NCBI RefSeq assembly: GCF_018350175.1
Contig: NC_058368.1
Coordinates: forward strand, 193,814,001-193,878,000
DNA length: 64,000 nucleotides
Source: Felis catus
Taxonomy: Eukaryota
Reading direction: 5' to 3'
The notes under the pieces were generated by a model, which had not been told where the DNA came from, made no database searches, and saw nothing but the letters and a program-made list of their open reading frames with translations. Position 1 is the stretch's first letter; each line of letters begins with the position of its first letter. This document shows, in pieces, positions 37,520 through 49,924 of the stretch. Both the position numbers and the translations under genes were made by a program.

Positions 37520-39000
37520 GTAGGTAAGGTTTAATTCTCTTGTATGTTCCCATAGCCGCATGTGCTTTCCTCTTTGTGACCTTTCTCACAGTTGTAATTA
37601 CTTGTGGCATTATCTTCTAATAGTCGACTCTGATTCCATGAAGGTGAGCACCGCAATTCAATCTGTTTTAGCTGCTGTGACTTGAGCCCTGTGCCAGAAC
37701 AGGACTGAACCTACTACTGTATCATATTTACCCGAGTTGAATCCAATCACCATCACAGATTTAATTATCACATGAACACTTACCTTGTGCAAGGCATGGT
37801 GCTCTATGCTGTAGGTTAGAAAGAGACTGAACAAATCCCACTCTTTACTGAACTCTGAACTCACAATTTAGTGGGAAGACGGTCAAGATATGTAATATTT
37901 ATTATGCTAACTAAATGATAGTAGCCTACTACTGTGGGTTATGTACTGTTAGATGGTAATTATTTGATAACTGTAGCCACTGTTGATTGAACACCTATCT
38001 TCCCAAGTGTGTTATATGCATTTTGTGATGCCAGTCCTCTATCCTGCCCCAGATTGCAATCATCTGTTTTTAGAGATGACAACCAGAACTGTTCTAGGTC
38101 ACACAACCACTAAGTACCAGATACAGGATTTCAACCTAAGCTGACTGCAAAGCCAAAGACCCGCTCCTGGAGTACGCTGCTTTGGGTGGTAATCTCTGCA
38201 CCTCTATTAGAAGGGACAACGAACACAGATTTGAGGGTTGGACTCCCACAGGTCTTCTGGGGGAGGTGGTACCTCAGAGAAAGTTTCAAGGGGTCAGGAA
38301 TTATTAGCCAGGTGAAATCTTTGAGTTAGTGGGAACTGCACATTCAAAGTAGAGAGTATAAAAGATACATTTCAGGAAATGTGGGTAGTAGATATATACA
38401 AGGCTAAATCACAAAAGAACCTAGTTACTGGATGATGGGAGTTTATTTTTATTTTATAACCATGAGAGGAGTTTAAGCTGAGGGCCTCATGTAGTCAGGT
38501 GTATGTAACCAGAGCATTGGGGCTGGGGGTAAGATTTTGGAGACAGGAGTAATGGAGACTTCATTCCCTTAGCATCCATCTAACAGATATTTGTTGAAAC
38601 TCTATGTGCTTCTAGTACAAGGCCTCTGCTCTGTGAAGATAGGCAACTAACAAGTGAGTAGATAAGGCATTTTAGGACTGTGATCCTTTCTCAGATGGGA
38701 ACAGACAAGATGACCGATGTGGTAGAAAGTGATCTAGAGAAGGTGCCTTTAGCCGGGGAAAGTGAAGAGCACTTTTGAGGAGAGGGTGGTTCATTCCAGA
38801 TGACATCTTAAGAATGGGAAAGGGGCCAGTCACACCCTCAAGGCATGAGACGAGCACGTGCAAAGGGAAAAGTCCAAATAAGGATGAGGAATTGGAAGGA
38901 GGCACCCACAGGTGTGGTGTGACAGGAGCTTTGAGGGGGACTGAAATGAAATTCAGGGCCACATAAGCCATGGAAAGCAGGTGATCTACAAAGCTTAGTG
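37520..39000. mobile_element. Cluster of decayed L2 and MIR fragments
   Basis: ttccatgaaggtgag; ctaggtcacacaacc...ggatttcaacctaag; catccatctaacagatatttgttga...gagcacgtgcaaagg. Confidence 0.55.
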
Positions 39001-39753
39001 AATTGGTCAGATTTACCTTTGAAAATAATTACTTTGTATGTTTGAAAGATTTTTTTCAGTTGCAATGACAGTGGTTCAAGCACAGTAGGGTTAGTTCTAG
39101 TGCAGGAGGAAAAAGTGGAAAAGGCAGCCCGAGGCTGACATGGCAACTTTCTGAAATCAGCAGGAACCTAGACTCCTGGCTTTTTGCTCTGGTATCTTTA
39201 GCCCTGACTTGCATCCTCACATACACAAGATGGCTGCTAGAGCTCCCACATCCCTTCCACACAGGGGGCAGAAGGGAAGAAAGAAGGACCCTAGGATCAT
39301 ATGATAACTGTCTGTCTGGCTGTATGTCCATTCTTGGAAGTTTTGTCCTCTGACTCCCGAATAATTAGATACTAAAAACTGCAAAAGAGACAGAAAATAC
39401 ATCCTTCCAAAACTAAGCACGTTTCTATCCAGAGGAAAAACATACTTCTATTACGAAGTAAGAATACTTATTGGAAAGGCAACCAGCATTTCCTGCTATA
39501 AAAGCTATGTGGCGAATAGATTGTAGGTGGTAAAATATTAAAAACGAAAGGGACCATTGTGATCCAGAAGATGTAGAAAACCATTTTTCTTTCGCTGAAA
39601 CTAGAATAGAAAGGAGGGTGGTCAGGGGAAAAAGTTAAAAATGGAGAAAATAATAAACTTGATTTATTCTGAAGCCAGAATTAACACGATTTACAGAGAT
39701 TTCCCCCACTTAGGATGCAGTCAAAGAATTGAGGGTGGCTTCTTGATTTTTAA

Positions 39754-39959
39754 TTTTTTTAAAATGTTTACTTATTTTTGAGAGAGAGACAGAGTGCAAG
39801 CAGGGAGGGACAGAGAGAGAGGGAGACACAGAATCCCAAGGAGGCTCCAGGCTCTGAGCTGTCAGCACAGAGCTTGATGTGGGGCTTGAACCTACAAACA
39901 GTGATATCATGACCTGAGCTGAAGTCGGATGCCCAACCGACTGAGCCACCAGGTGCCCC
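39754..39959 (-). mobile_element. Can-SINE (SINEC_Fc2-like)
   Basis: Full-length body; perfect 14-bp TSD TTCTTGATTTTTAA at 39740-39753 and 39960-39973. Confidence 0.96.
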
Positions 39960-40799
39960 TTCTTGATTTTTAACATGTTAATTTCTTTCTTACTGGTGTT
40001 AACAAGTGAGAAGGAAAAGATGAAGAAATTTACTAGTTAGGAGGAGAACTGTGACTTTATTTATTCGTTTGATTTATCAGTATCACTTCTGTTTTCTGGG
40101 AAGGAAAGTACCTGATAGTCAAGTTATCTGCAGATCTAAGTGCTTTCTCTGTGAAAAGGCTCTCAACAAAGTAAAAGGAACTCTTTACAATCTCTTTCAA
40201 AACTTGAGATTCATGCCATGCTAGGTTTTATGCATTTGACAGCTCCCAATGTAGATAAACTCTGTAATTGTTTGGTAACAGTCTCATCAGTGTTAAAAAG
40301 AAAAAAAAAAAAGATGCAATGCCATGCAAATTTGAGGAGAGGGGGCCATTTTAGCAGCTTTCAATCTATCTGACTAAATGTAATTTAAAATTTCCTTATG
40401 TCAAATACAGCCCAGCAAATACTAAACATTATTGTCATGAAGCAGAGAAAATCAGGTTAGCCAGCTTATGAGTCTGGATAGATTGACAGGCCTTGAAATT
40501 TGAATTCAAATATTTAGAAGCAATGAAGCACATGCTTCCAGATCGTCATGGCTCTGAAGGGGTTTACAGTGTAGTGAACTGAAATATTAGCCAAGAAATT
40601 TATGCACACACAGTACAGTATAATTTGTTTTTAGCACAACATTTGTCAGACTTCCACCTGGGGACGCAAAGGACCACATAGTTTTTTTTTTTTTTTTTTT
40701 TGGTTTGTTTTTCAAGAAGGACAATGGCACACAGAGCCCTCATAGATTTATATTAATTGAAGGCAGGTAATTACTGCAATGTCCTCGACACAATCAGAC

Positions 40800-41020
40800 T
40801 GTGGCCAAAAGGCTCTGGGTCAGTATTCAGAAGACTTGAGTCTGATCCTTCAAACTTGAAGGTTCACTACTTCCAAGCTTTATGACCTTGGAAAAGTCGT
40901 TTAAGCTCTCTGATCCTCAGTTTTCTCTTGTTAAAATTAGAAATACTTTTATTACTGAGCTCTATAACAGTAATCCTACCATGGATACTTTGACTATGTG
41001 GGACAATATTGAGATATTCA
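40800..41020 (+). mobile_element. MIR SINE
   Basis: tgaccttggaaaagtcgtttaagctctctgatcctcagttttctc. Confidence 0.7.
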
Positions 41021-41356
41021 TGTTAATGAGAAACTGAGGGTTTAGTGGGGTGACGAAAGTCCTTTGAAATAACTAGTTTTGCCACCTCTCTTGTTATTAA
41101 TAAATTTGATAACCCGTAGTTAGAATAAAAATGATAATCTTGCCTCCTGATGAGCGAATTCAGCCTATAGATACACTCCAATACATGTGTACGTACATAT
41201 ACATATGTACACATATATGTACATAAGCCATACATATATACAAATACAAACACACCAAATTGACCAACTGAGCCTGGCTTTTACCCACAAATACACATAT
41301 ACAATTTCTTCTTGTATGGCATTGTCTTATAATGATTTTTAAAATTTGAATCAGTT

Positions 41357-41695
41357 GTGCAATTGCTGGGTCATAGGGTAGTTCTATTTTTAATTTTTTG
41401 AGGAAACTCTGTACCATTTTCCAGAGTGGCTGCACCAGTTTGCATTCCCACCACCACTGCAAAAGGATTCCCCTTTCTCTGCATCCTTACTAGCATTTGT
41501 TGTTTCCTGAGTTGTTAATTTTAGCCATTCTGACAGGTGTGAGGTAGTGTTTCTTTGTGGAATTTATCTGACAGATACAAAAATGCTGATTTGAAGGGGC
41601 ACATGCACCTCAATGTTTATAGAGGTGCTAGCAACAATAACCAAATTATGGAAAGTGCCCAGATGTCCATTGACTGATGAATGGACAAAGAAGTG

Positions 41696-41734
<39 letters not shown>

Positions 41735-42196
41735 GGAATACTACTCAGCAACCAAATACAATGAAATCTTGCCATTTGCAACAACATGGATGGAGGTAGA
41801 GGATATTATGCTAAATGAAATAAGTCAGCTAGAGAAAGACAAATATCCTATGATTTTACTCTATGTGGAATTTGTGAAACTCAACAGATAAACATGGGGG
41901 AAGGGAAGGAAAAATAAGATAGAAACAGAAAAGAAGGCAAACCATAAGAGACTCTTAAATAGAGAACAAACTGAGGGTTGCTGGAGGGGAGGTGGATGGG
42001 GGATGGGTTCAATGGGTGATAGTCATTAAGGAGAGCACTTTTTGGCATGAGCACCCAGTATCCTATGTAAATGATGAATCACTGGGTTCTACTCCTGAAG
42101 CCAAGACTACGCTTTATGTTAACTAACTTGAATTTAAATAAAAAAATAAAAATTAAAAAAAAATATGGAAGGTAATATGGTTGTAAAAAAAAAAAA
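41357..42196 (+). mobile_element. Carnivore L1 3' end with a 5' inversion (41357-41560 antisense, 41561 onward sense), inside a MER102-like element
   Basis: Antisense ORF2 segment ([15 protein letters not shown]...[11 protein letters not shown] in the ORF track) joined to the sense continuation aatttatc...3' UTR and poly-A; diverged TSD aaaatttgaatcagtt / aaaatccagtcagtt; (CA)n at about 41699-41732. Confidence 0.9.
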
Positions 42197-42996
42197 TCCA
42201 GTCAGTTGCCAACTAACTTCATACAAATACACAGATTCCTGGCTACCTCAAAAGATCAGCAATTCCTAAATGGCTTATCTTTTTAGGTTGGCCTAGTTAC
42301 CTATTCACGATAGTCCCTAAATCTCACTGTGGGTTTAACTTTGCCTACCTGACCCCTGAAGATCCTCCAGTTTTCTGTGCTTGGGTTAAAGTGTGATTTG
42401 ACAAAGGGCAAGATGCACCCAGTTCTCTTTTGATAATGTTAGCTAGTCCTTTTTGTCCAGCTATTCATTTTTGAAATGGGCAAAACTTTTGTGGGATGGG
42501 TTATTCAAGACCATATGGCTGAGAATAACCACTTCACTATTTAAATACAATTTGTTTATAATAATGGAAGAGAATTTGAAATGGCCAAGAGAGATGATTC
42601 ACCATGGTAAGAGCATCATCTCTGCAGCCTTTTATAGCAAGGGAAGTAGTTTGCTAAACTTTCTTGAAATAGGCATAGATTTGCCTAGGGCCAGTCATGC
42701 TCTGCTGTATCCTTCCCCCTTTGAGATAAAAGGTGGAATCTTCTGAAGCTAGTGCATTCATAGTGTTTTTAATTACTGACCTTGACCAACCGAGCCCTGT
42801 TTTTAAGCTTTGACTCAAAGTCAAACCAACAGTCTCTTCCAATGTAGTGAATTAATATTTATGTAAGACAGGATTTTATATAATCAAAAAAACATTAGGG
42901 AATTAAATGCAGAAGCAGCACAATACATATTCTCTTATCAACTAAAAGTGAGTTTATTTTAAAACAAACTTGCTGCATATTTAGCATCACTTAAAG

Positions 42997-43218
42997 CAGT
43001 GGTTCTCCATTAGAGGTGGCTTTTGCCCCCTGGGGGATATTTGACATTGTTTGAAAATATTTTTGATTGTTCAGACTGGGGAGGTACTACAGGCATCTGG
43101 TTGGTGGGGATCAAGGGTGCTGCTGAATACCCTACAATGCATGGGACAACCCCCACCACCCCATTACAAACACTTACATAGTGCAAAATGTCAATAGAGC
43201 TGAATTTGAGAAACCCTG
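42997..43218 (+). mobile_element. MER20
   Basis: cagtggttctc...ttttgccccctggggga...ggcatctggttggt...ttgagaaaccctg. Confidence 0.9.
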
Positions 43219-43739
43219 TTTAAAGGATATATCTTTTGCAAAAGCCTTATTAAATTCAGAAGAAATTTAGCACAGGTTTACATTTCCGGTTAAGGGTGAA
43301 ATGTAATTTGTGTGCTGCACAGCATTCCTTATCCTCCAAATTACTTAATGATAATTGAGGTCAATTTGAATTGTATTAACTTAGCTAAACTAGAACTATG
43401 CTTTCCAGAGTTTTGTTTCTTGCATGGTGATGAGTTAGCATGGGCCACCAGAAATCTTTTGCATGAAATTTGGAAATTATAAATGGAACTATAACCGCTT
43501 TGGCCTCATACGCTCAGAAAGTTGCACGAGGCCACAGGGCACGATGGCATCTCACACAAAGTAGCATGGATGCCAATGACCTGACTGGTCCAGATTAGCA
43601 GCTGAGCCTGTAGCAGCGAAAACTCCTGATGGATCCTCTTTCTGCTTCTTTCATTTTTGGGCCAGGTGCATGTTGCTCCATGATGAAGGGTAGACTTAGG
43701 TTTTCAATTGTCTTGGGTGCATGTGTAAGTTGGAATGGA

Positions 43740-44930
43740 ATTATAAGGTCTCTATGTTTCACTTCTTGAGGAACTTCCAAACTGTTTTCCAGAGTGGCTG
43801 TACCATTATACCTTCCCACCAATGAGATGAAGTGTCTACATTCCCCACATCCTGACTGAAAGTTATCTGTCTTTTTAATTTTAGCCATTCTAATGGGTAG
43901 GAATTGGTATGTCATTGTGGTTTTAGATTTGCATTTTCCTAATGGCTAGTAACATTGGCCATCTTTTCTTAAGCTTATTGGCTAGTTGCATATCTTCTTT
44001 GAAGAATTGTCTATGCAGATTGGGTTATATGTCTTCTTATTCTTGAGTTGTAATAGTGTATGTTACTTATCAGTCTCTTATCAGAAACATGATTTGCAAA
44101 AATTTCCTTCCATTCAGTGGGTTGTTTTTTGACTTTCTTGATGGTGTTCTTTAAGACACAAAAGTTTTTAATTTTGATGCCAAGTTTATCTTTAAAAAAA
44201 TGTTTAATGTTTATTTTTGAGAGCGATAGAGACAGAGCACAAGCAGGGGTGGGGTGGGGTGGGGAGTTGGGCAGAGAGAGAGACAGACAAAGGATCTGAA
44301 GTAGGCTCTGGCCTCTGAGCTGTCAGCACAGAGCCTGACATGGGGCTTGAAGTCACCAACTGTGAGATCATAACCTGAGCCAAAGTCTGGCATTTAACCG
44401 ACTAAGCCACTCAGGCACCACAAAGTTTATCTTTTATCTTTTGTTATTTTTGCTTGTGGTGTCTTATCTAAGAAACCATTGCTTAATTTGAGGTTAAAAA
44501 GATTTACACATTTCCTTCTAAGACGTTTATAGTTTTGACTTTTACATTTAGATATTTGATCCCTTTTGAATTATTATTTTTTTTTTTTGTATATAATACA
44601 AAGTAGGGGCCATGATCATTCTTCTGCATTTTCCATTTGTCCTGAAACTATTTGTTAAAAAGACTGTTCTTTCCCCCATTGAACTGGCTTGGAATCCTTG
44701 TTCAAAACCAATTGACTATACAGGAAAATTATTTCTAGACTCTTGATTATATTCCATTAATCTGTATGCCTTTCCTTATACCTGTACCACACTGTCTGGG
44801 TTACTGTAGCTTTGCAGTAAGTTTTGAAATTGAGAATTGTGTCTTCCAACTTGTTCTTTTTTAAAGATTACTTTGGGTATCTGTATTTCTTGAATTTTCA
44901 TACGAACTTTAAGATACTTTTGTCCATTGA
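43740..44930 (-). mobile_element. L1 ORF2 fragment (L1MA/MB-like), decayed
   Basis: aaactgttttccagagtggctgtaccatt, tagccattctaatggg, ttactgtagctttgcagtaagttttgaaat. Confidence 0.88.
44194..44421 (-). mobile_element. Can-SINE inside an L1
   Basis: SINEC body; TSD AAGTTTATCTTT at 44182-44193 and 44423-44434. Confidence 0.93.
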
Positions 44931-45246
44931 TGGGGAAAAATGTGTTTTTTAAGCCACTAAATTTTGGGGTAGTTTGTTACATGGCAACGTATAACTACTA
45001 TACAGCTAATCCAGGGCTGTTCAGGTGAAATCTTCTTTACGTATTGAAAATTAGACACTTAACAAGCAAACAAGGATAGTCTGCATGATGTGAGGGTGGA
45101 ACCTATAGTGGGAATAAGAGATGTTTCTTGCCCTTTCGTCTCTTGTTTTACATTTCTGTCTCTTTTTAAATGTCTATAAAAATTGGTTTAGTGCATACAT
45201 AGCTCAAATATACATGAATTAGGGCCTTTGTTCGTTGTGCATTTAA

Positions 45247-45456
45247 TCTTGTTTAATTTAATTTTGAAAGAGCGAGTGTGTGTAAGCAAGGGAGGGTCAG
45301 AGAGAAGGAGAGAAAGAGAGAGAGCGAGAATCCCAGGCAGGCTCTGTACTGTGAGCGCAGAGCCCGATGTGGGGCTCAAACTCACAAACTGTGAGATCAT
45401 GACCTGCGCTGAAATCAAGAGTCCAAAGCTCAGTGACTAAGCCACCCAGGTGCTCC
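45247..45456 (-). mobile_element. Can-SINE (SINEC_Fc3-like)
   Basis: SINEC body; TSD TTGTGCATTTAA on both sides. Confidence 0.93.
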
Positions 45457-45644
45457 ATTGTGCATTTAAATAGAGGGTCAGGGGACTTGGGCAGGGATGT
45501 TCCTGACTATATCTGGTAATATGTTGAAAAATTTTACAGGTCAATAAGGACTTAAGAAGCGATAGCTTTAATCTTAAAGACTTGTCTCTTTTTGGACACT
45601 TTCTAATGAAAAGTTTGTTTAATCTTCCTGAGGATATGAGATAT

Positions 45645-45885
45645 TCATGTTAAAAGCTCAGGGTCTCAAGTCGGCTGGAAATTGAAGTCAGTCTTATTTA
45701 CCATTTATCAGATGTCTGATTTAGGCCAAGTGCAGGACCTGTCTAAATCCCATCTTGCTTCTCTGTAAGAGAGGGATTCTAATAGTACCCACCTCGAAGT
45801 GGTTTTTATGAAGATTGAACCACATAGTTCCTGTAAGCACACAGCAGATGCTCGGTCCATAAATAGTAGCGGTTACTCATGTTAA
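45645..45885 (+). mobile_element. MIR SINE
   Basis: tctgtaagagagggattctaatagtacccacctc...atgaagattgaa...aaatagtagc. Confidence 0.6.
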
Positions 45886-46699
45886 TAGCTTACGCACCCA
45901 AACCAAGATAAACCCACTTTATATAAACCAAAATGGAGTAATCTGATCTTGTGAAAGAAAGAAATTTAGAGATGATTTGCATAACCCAAAGAGGCCTTTA
46001 AACAAGGGGCTCCATTTAGAATACAGATGGTATATGATATTATTTCAGGAGCATTCAACTTTTGTCTAGACTCTGTCTCCAACTGCATTGTACATTGAGA
46101 AAGTTACTTCTCATCTTCTGGAACTCTTTATTTATACTGAGGGAGTCAGGCAGCAGCCATGTCTTAGATCTTTTTCTAGTTCTGGGGTGCTATAATGAAA
46201 CCTACTTGTTAGAATGGGGAGAGGGCTCAGGGGAAAGAACCAGAGGCTTCAGTGTTGGGAGGGGTTGCCTACTTATCAATCAGAAGGGCAAATAGTCTTG
46301 TGAATTCTAATGGAAGTCCATTTATTTTGCATACACATTGATCTTATAAAATGAGGCATGCTGCAATGCTATTTAAATGCTGGCTGCACACCTCTGAGAA
46401 AATACATAACTGATATTATTTTAATATGAAATGACAACTTGAGTAAATTAGATGTTGACCATGTAGTTTTTTCACGACATGGGTAAAGACTGATGGATAT
46501 ACTTCTTAAGAGGAAAGGACAGAGACTCAGGTTCAGGCCTCTACCATCCCTGCCTTCTACCGTCTCAACATGCCTGTCCTTCTCTGTTTATTTGCAAAAC
46601 ATTGCTGTTCATTTGTGAGGCTAGATACATGCACGACAAATCAGAAGGACTTGAAATGAGGTAGGTGACCTGTAAGTATTTTAGTAACTGACAATAATG

Positions 46700-47130
46700 C
46701 CTTAGTCAGGGCTCTCGGTTATAAACTCAAATCAGCTCTGGAAAAAAAAAAGGGAATTTATTAATTCAGTTTTTAAAAAGCCAAGGGGTATATTGCTTTA
46801 AGCACAGCTGAAAGTGGAGGCTCAAATGACGTGACTCTTATGTTCTCAGGTCTCCTCCACCCCCATGTATTTTAGTTCTTCTTCCTCTGTTGGCTTTATT
46901 CTCAGGCAGATTCTCTCCATGTAATACATTTGCCTCAGCTGAGTACTGTGCCTGTTACTGAACAAATTTCTGTGACTTTGCCTCTCCAAGCCTGGCCTTA
47001 TTCTTCCCTGAAGCTTAGGTATAGGGTAAATTTATCCTTACTCTGTCCTAACAACGAAAAAAGTGACACAGGCTGAAAGTGGAAAAGATGGCTTTTATTA
47101 GCAGGAGATATAAATGCTGGGCAATAAAAA
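46700..47130 (-). mobile_element. MLT1J/K/L-like MaLR LTR
   Basis: ttagtcagggctctcggtt...gggaatttatt...gttggctttattctcaggcag...aatgctgggca. Confidence 0.6.
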
Positions 47131-47140
47131 CAAAGTTTCA

Positions 47141-47333
47141 GGGGCACCTGGGTGGCTCAGTCAGTTAAGCCTCTGACTTCAGTTCAGGTCATGATCTTAC
47201 CGCTTGTGAGTTTGAGCCCTGCATCCAGCTCTGCTCTGACAGCTCTGAGCCAGGAGCCTGCTTCAAATTCTGTGTCCCTCTCCACCTCTTCTGTCTGTCT
47301 GTCTGTCTGTCTCTGTCTCACAAATAAACATTA
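47141..47333 (+). mobile_element. Can-SINE (SINEC_Fc2-like) with (TCTG)n
   Basis: ggggcacctgggtggctcagtcagttaagcctctgacttcagttcaggtcatgatc. Confidence 0.93.
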
Positions 47334-47931
47334 ATTTTTTTTCACTGCATAGAGTATATTTAGCCATGTTTTTCTGTTTGTTTATTTTTCCTGTTAAGTG
47401 GGTTTTCCTATGCTTTCGTATATGAGGTAAAAGTACTTACCTAGGGTTGCACACTGGTAGGAGAGCTGGGAAGCAAATTTACCTTGTCTTCCACTTTAAA
47501 GTCTTTCAACTGTCATACGCTGTTACCCTCAACAAGACAACCGGAGAATTTTTTTTTTCTTTGTGAAGGAGTGCTGATAATCTAGAGGATGTGTAGAGAA
47601 GAGTGAGAAGGATCATCAGAGAGCTGGAAAACACAGTGTGCAAGGAATAAGAAAACCAACTGGAGGCATTGACTGAAATGAGAGAATCCTGGATAGAGCT
47701 GGGGCAAATAGAGGGGCTGGAAAAGATAGTGAAGGTCTCTCTCGGAGGAAACACTGGAGCACCATGATTCTCAATGGGTAAAATCTGCATAAACAAAGAT
47801 TGTGATTTAACAAAAAGAACCACTTCCGAGTAGTCAGAGCTATTGAGGAACAGAATAGAATTTCTAGGACCATGAACGCTCCATCAGTCTTCAGAAAACC
47901 TAGATGAATATTTATTAGGAATTCGGTAGAA

Positions 47932-48467
47932 TAGCACTGTCTAAAAGAAATATAATGCAAGCCAGATATGTCAGTTTACATTTCCAGGTGACCGCATTAA
48001 GAAAGGAAAAGGAAACAAGTGAACTTAGTAACCTTTAACTCAATGTAGCCAGAATACTATCATGTCTGTTGTTAATACAAAAAAATTTGAGACTTGAATA
48101 TTTTTTTTAATTTTTAAAAAATTTTTATTTATTTTTGAGAGAGAGACAGAGTGCGAGTGGGGGAGGAACAGAGAGAGAGGGAGACACAGAATCTGAAGCA
48201 GGCTCCAGGCTCTGAGCTGTCAGCACAGAGCCCGATGCGGGGCGCGAACTCACGAACTGCGAGATCATGACCTGAGCCAAAGTTGAACGCTTAACCGACT
48301 GAGCCACCCAGGCGCCCCATTGATTATTTTTTTTTTTATACGGAGTCTTAAAAATTTGGTATGCTTTTTACACTTCCAGGTAGTTCAAATCTAGATGTGC
48401 TTTATTTCAAGTTGCTCAGTCACAGCTATATTTGGTTAGTGGCTATGGTACTGCAAACAGTAGCTCT
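47932..48467. mobile_element. MER33-like hAT MITE split by a SINE
   Basis: gcactgtctaaaagaaatataatgcaagcc...tttcaagttgctcagt...tggttagtggcta. Confidence 0.75.
48101..48318 (-). mobile_element. Can-SINE (SINEC_Fc2-like), CpG-rich
   Basis: Full body, many CpGs retained, ends gagccacccaggcgcccc. Confidence 0.96.
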
Positions 48468-49412
48468 GGAAGTGGAGAGAAGGTGCTTGTAACCTTTGAA
48501 GTCCCTTTCAACCCTGACTGTATCTGAATCTGTGGGAGGAGCAGCTATGGTCAAATCCTTCCCTTTTGAAAAACCTTCAGTAACTTTCCAGTACTTGAAG
48601 AAAAAAATGTAACTTTTGAGTCCTCTGATTCATGGTCTAATAGACTGTAATGTTTGCGAGGTCAGGGACTATGTCTGTCATGTTCGTTTTTGTTTCTCGG
48701 GGCTAAACATAGTACTGGTTGCAAAGAAAGTTCTAAAGTATTTTTTGGATGAATGAATAATCTGAACTTCACCTTTCTTTCTAGTTTGTGTCCCTATTTT
48801 TCTCTTGCATGTACCCAATGTGACTTAAATGCACCCCCCATATTCTTACACTCTTACTAATCAGAATGGTTCTCTTTACACCCTTCTTTGGAAGGAAGAT
48901 GTTAGTCTCTTTAGATAGGCAAACTTTGACACCTCAGTGAGAATCAAATTTCATTTAGAACAAGGGCTCCAGTACTGATGAAGTGTTGGATAGTCCCAGG
49001 CCTTCTGTCTCTCCAAATGGCCTTGTTGAGACTCTTCTTTCCACATGAGCCTGTTGACCAAGGCTAGGTCCAGTTGAAGAGATCTCTTATTCTGTGAAAC
49101 CAGCAGTTTAGACCAAACGATCTCTTGCAACATTTTCTTCTCTTGGAGTTGCACAAAGGTGAGAGCATTTGGCTCTGGGGAAAAGTAAGTTGGATTTTGC
49201 ATCTTGAGTTCTTATATGCTATTTTAACCTTAACACTCTGGACTACCTGACCTTGAATGTGGCTTTGAACCTCTGTAGACTCAGTTTCTCTGTTTACAAG
49301 TTGATAATCATTGCTGTTGCAATTAAAATGAGGAATATGACCTGTTTATTCTCTCTTGTCAGCAAGTCCCTGTGCTAGCTCTAGAGTCACCTTGCTTAGG
49401 TTGAAATCTCTC

Positions 49413-49638
49413 TTTTTTTTTTTTTTAATTTTTTTCAATGTTTATTTATTTTTGGGACAGAGAGAGACAGAGCATGAACGGGGGAGGGGCAGAGAGAGAG
49501 GGAGACACAGAATCGGAAACAGGCTCCAGGCTCTGAGCCATTAGCCCAGAGCCTGATGCGGGGCTCGAACTCCCGGACCGCGAGATCGTGACCTGGCTGA
49601 AGTCGGACGCTTAACCGACTGCGCCATCCAGGCGCCCC
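49413..49638 (-). mobile_element. Young felid SINE (SINEC_Fc-like) inside a MIR
   Basis: tttttgggacagagagagacagagcatgaacggggga...ggaccgcgagatcgtgacctggctgaagtcggacgcttaaccgactgcgcca. Confidence 0.96.
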
Positions 49639-49799
49639 TCTATTTCTTTTTTAGCTGAATGACTGACTTAGATAAGTTAGTCAACTTCTGAGCTTCAGTT
49701 TTTTACCATTTTTTTAAAGCAGGAATCATAGGTTGGTTGCCATAATTAATTATAATCATGTAAGTACATAGCATTTATAAATGCTTTTGTAAAACGTTT

Positions 49800-49924
49800 A
49801 TGTAAATTCCAGCTAACATACAGTGTAATATTAGTTTCAGGAGTACAATTTAGTGATTCAATACTTGCATACAACACCAAGTGCTCATCACAACATATGC
49901 AGTCCTTAATCCTCATCATCCACC
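49800..49924 (-). mobile_element. Short carnivore L1 3' end
   Basis: aacatacagtgtaatattagtttcaggagtacaatttagtgattca; TSD-like aaaacgttt / aaaacattt. Confidence 0.85.

Larger units (their letters stand above)
43350..45004 (+). mobile_element. Old MaLR (MLT1-type) LTR pieces, apparently split by an L1
   Basis: 5' part gtattaacttagctaaactagaactatgctttccaga; 3' part ttttaagccactaaattttggggtagtttgttacatggca...ctataca. Confidence 0.5.

Noticed and set aside
41160..41462. ORF with [12 protein letters not shown]...ELPYDPAI
   Set aside because: A fragment of the L1 ORF2p C-terminus in the inverted L1 segment, not a host gene.
47141..47225. tRNA-like A/B boxes
   Set aside because: tRNA-derived head of a Can-SINE, not a tRNA gene; the same applies to all SINEs here.
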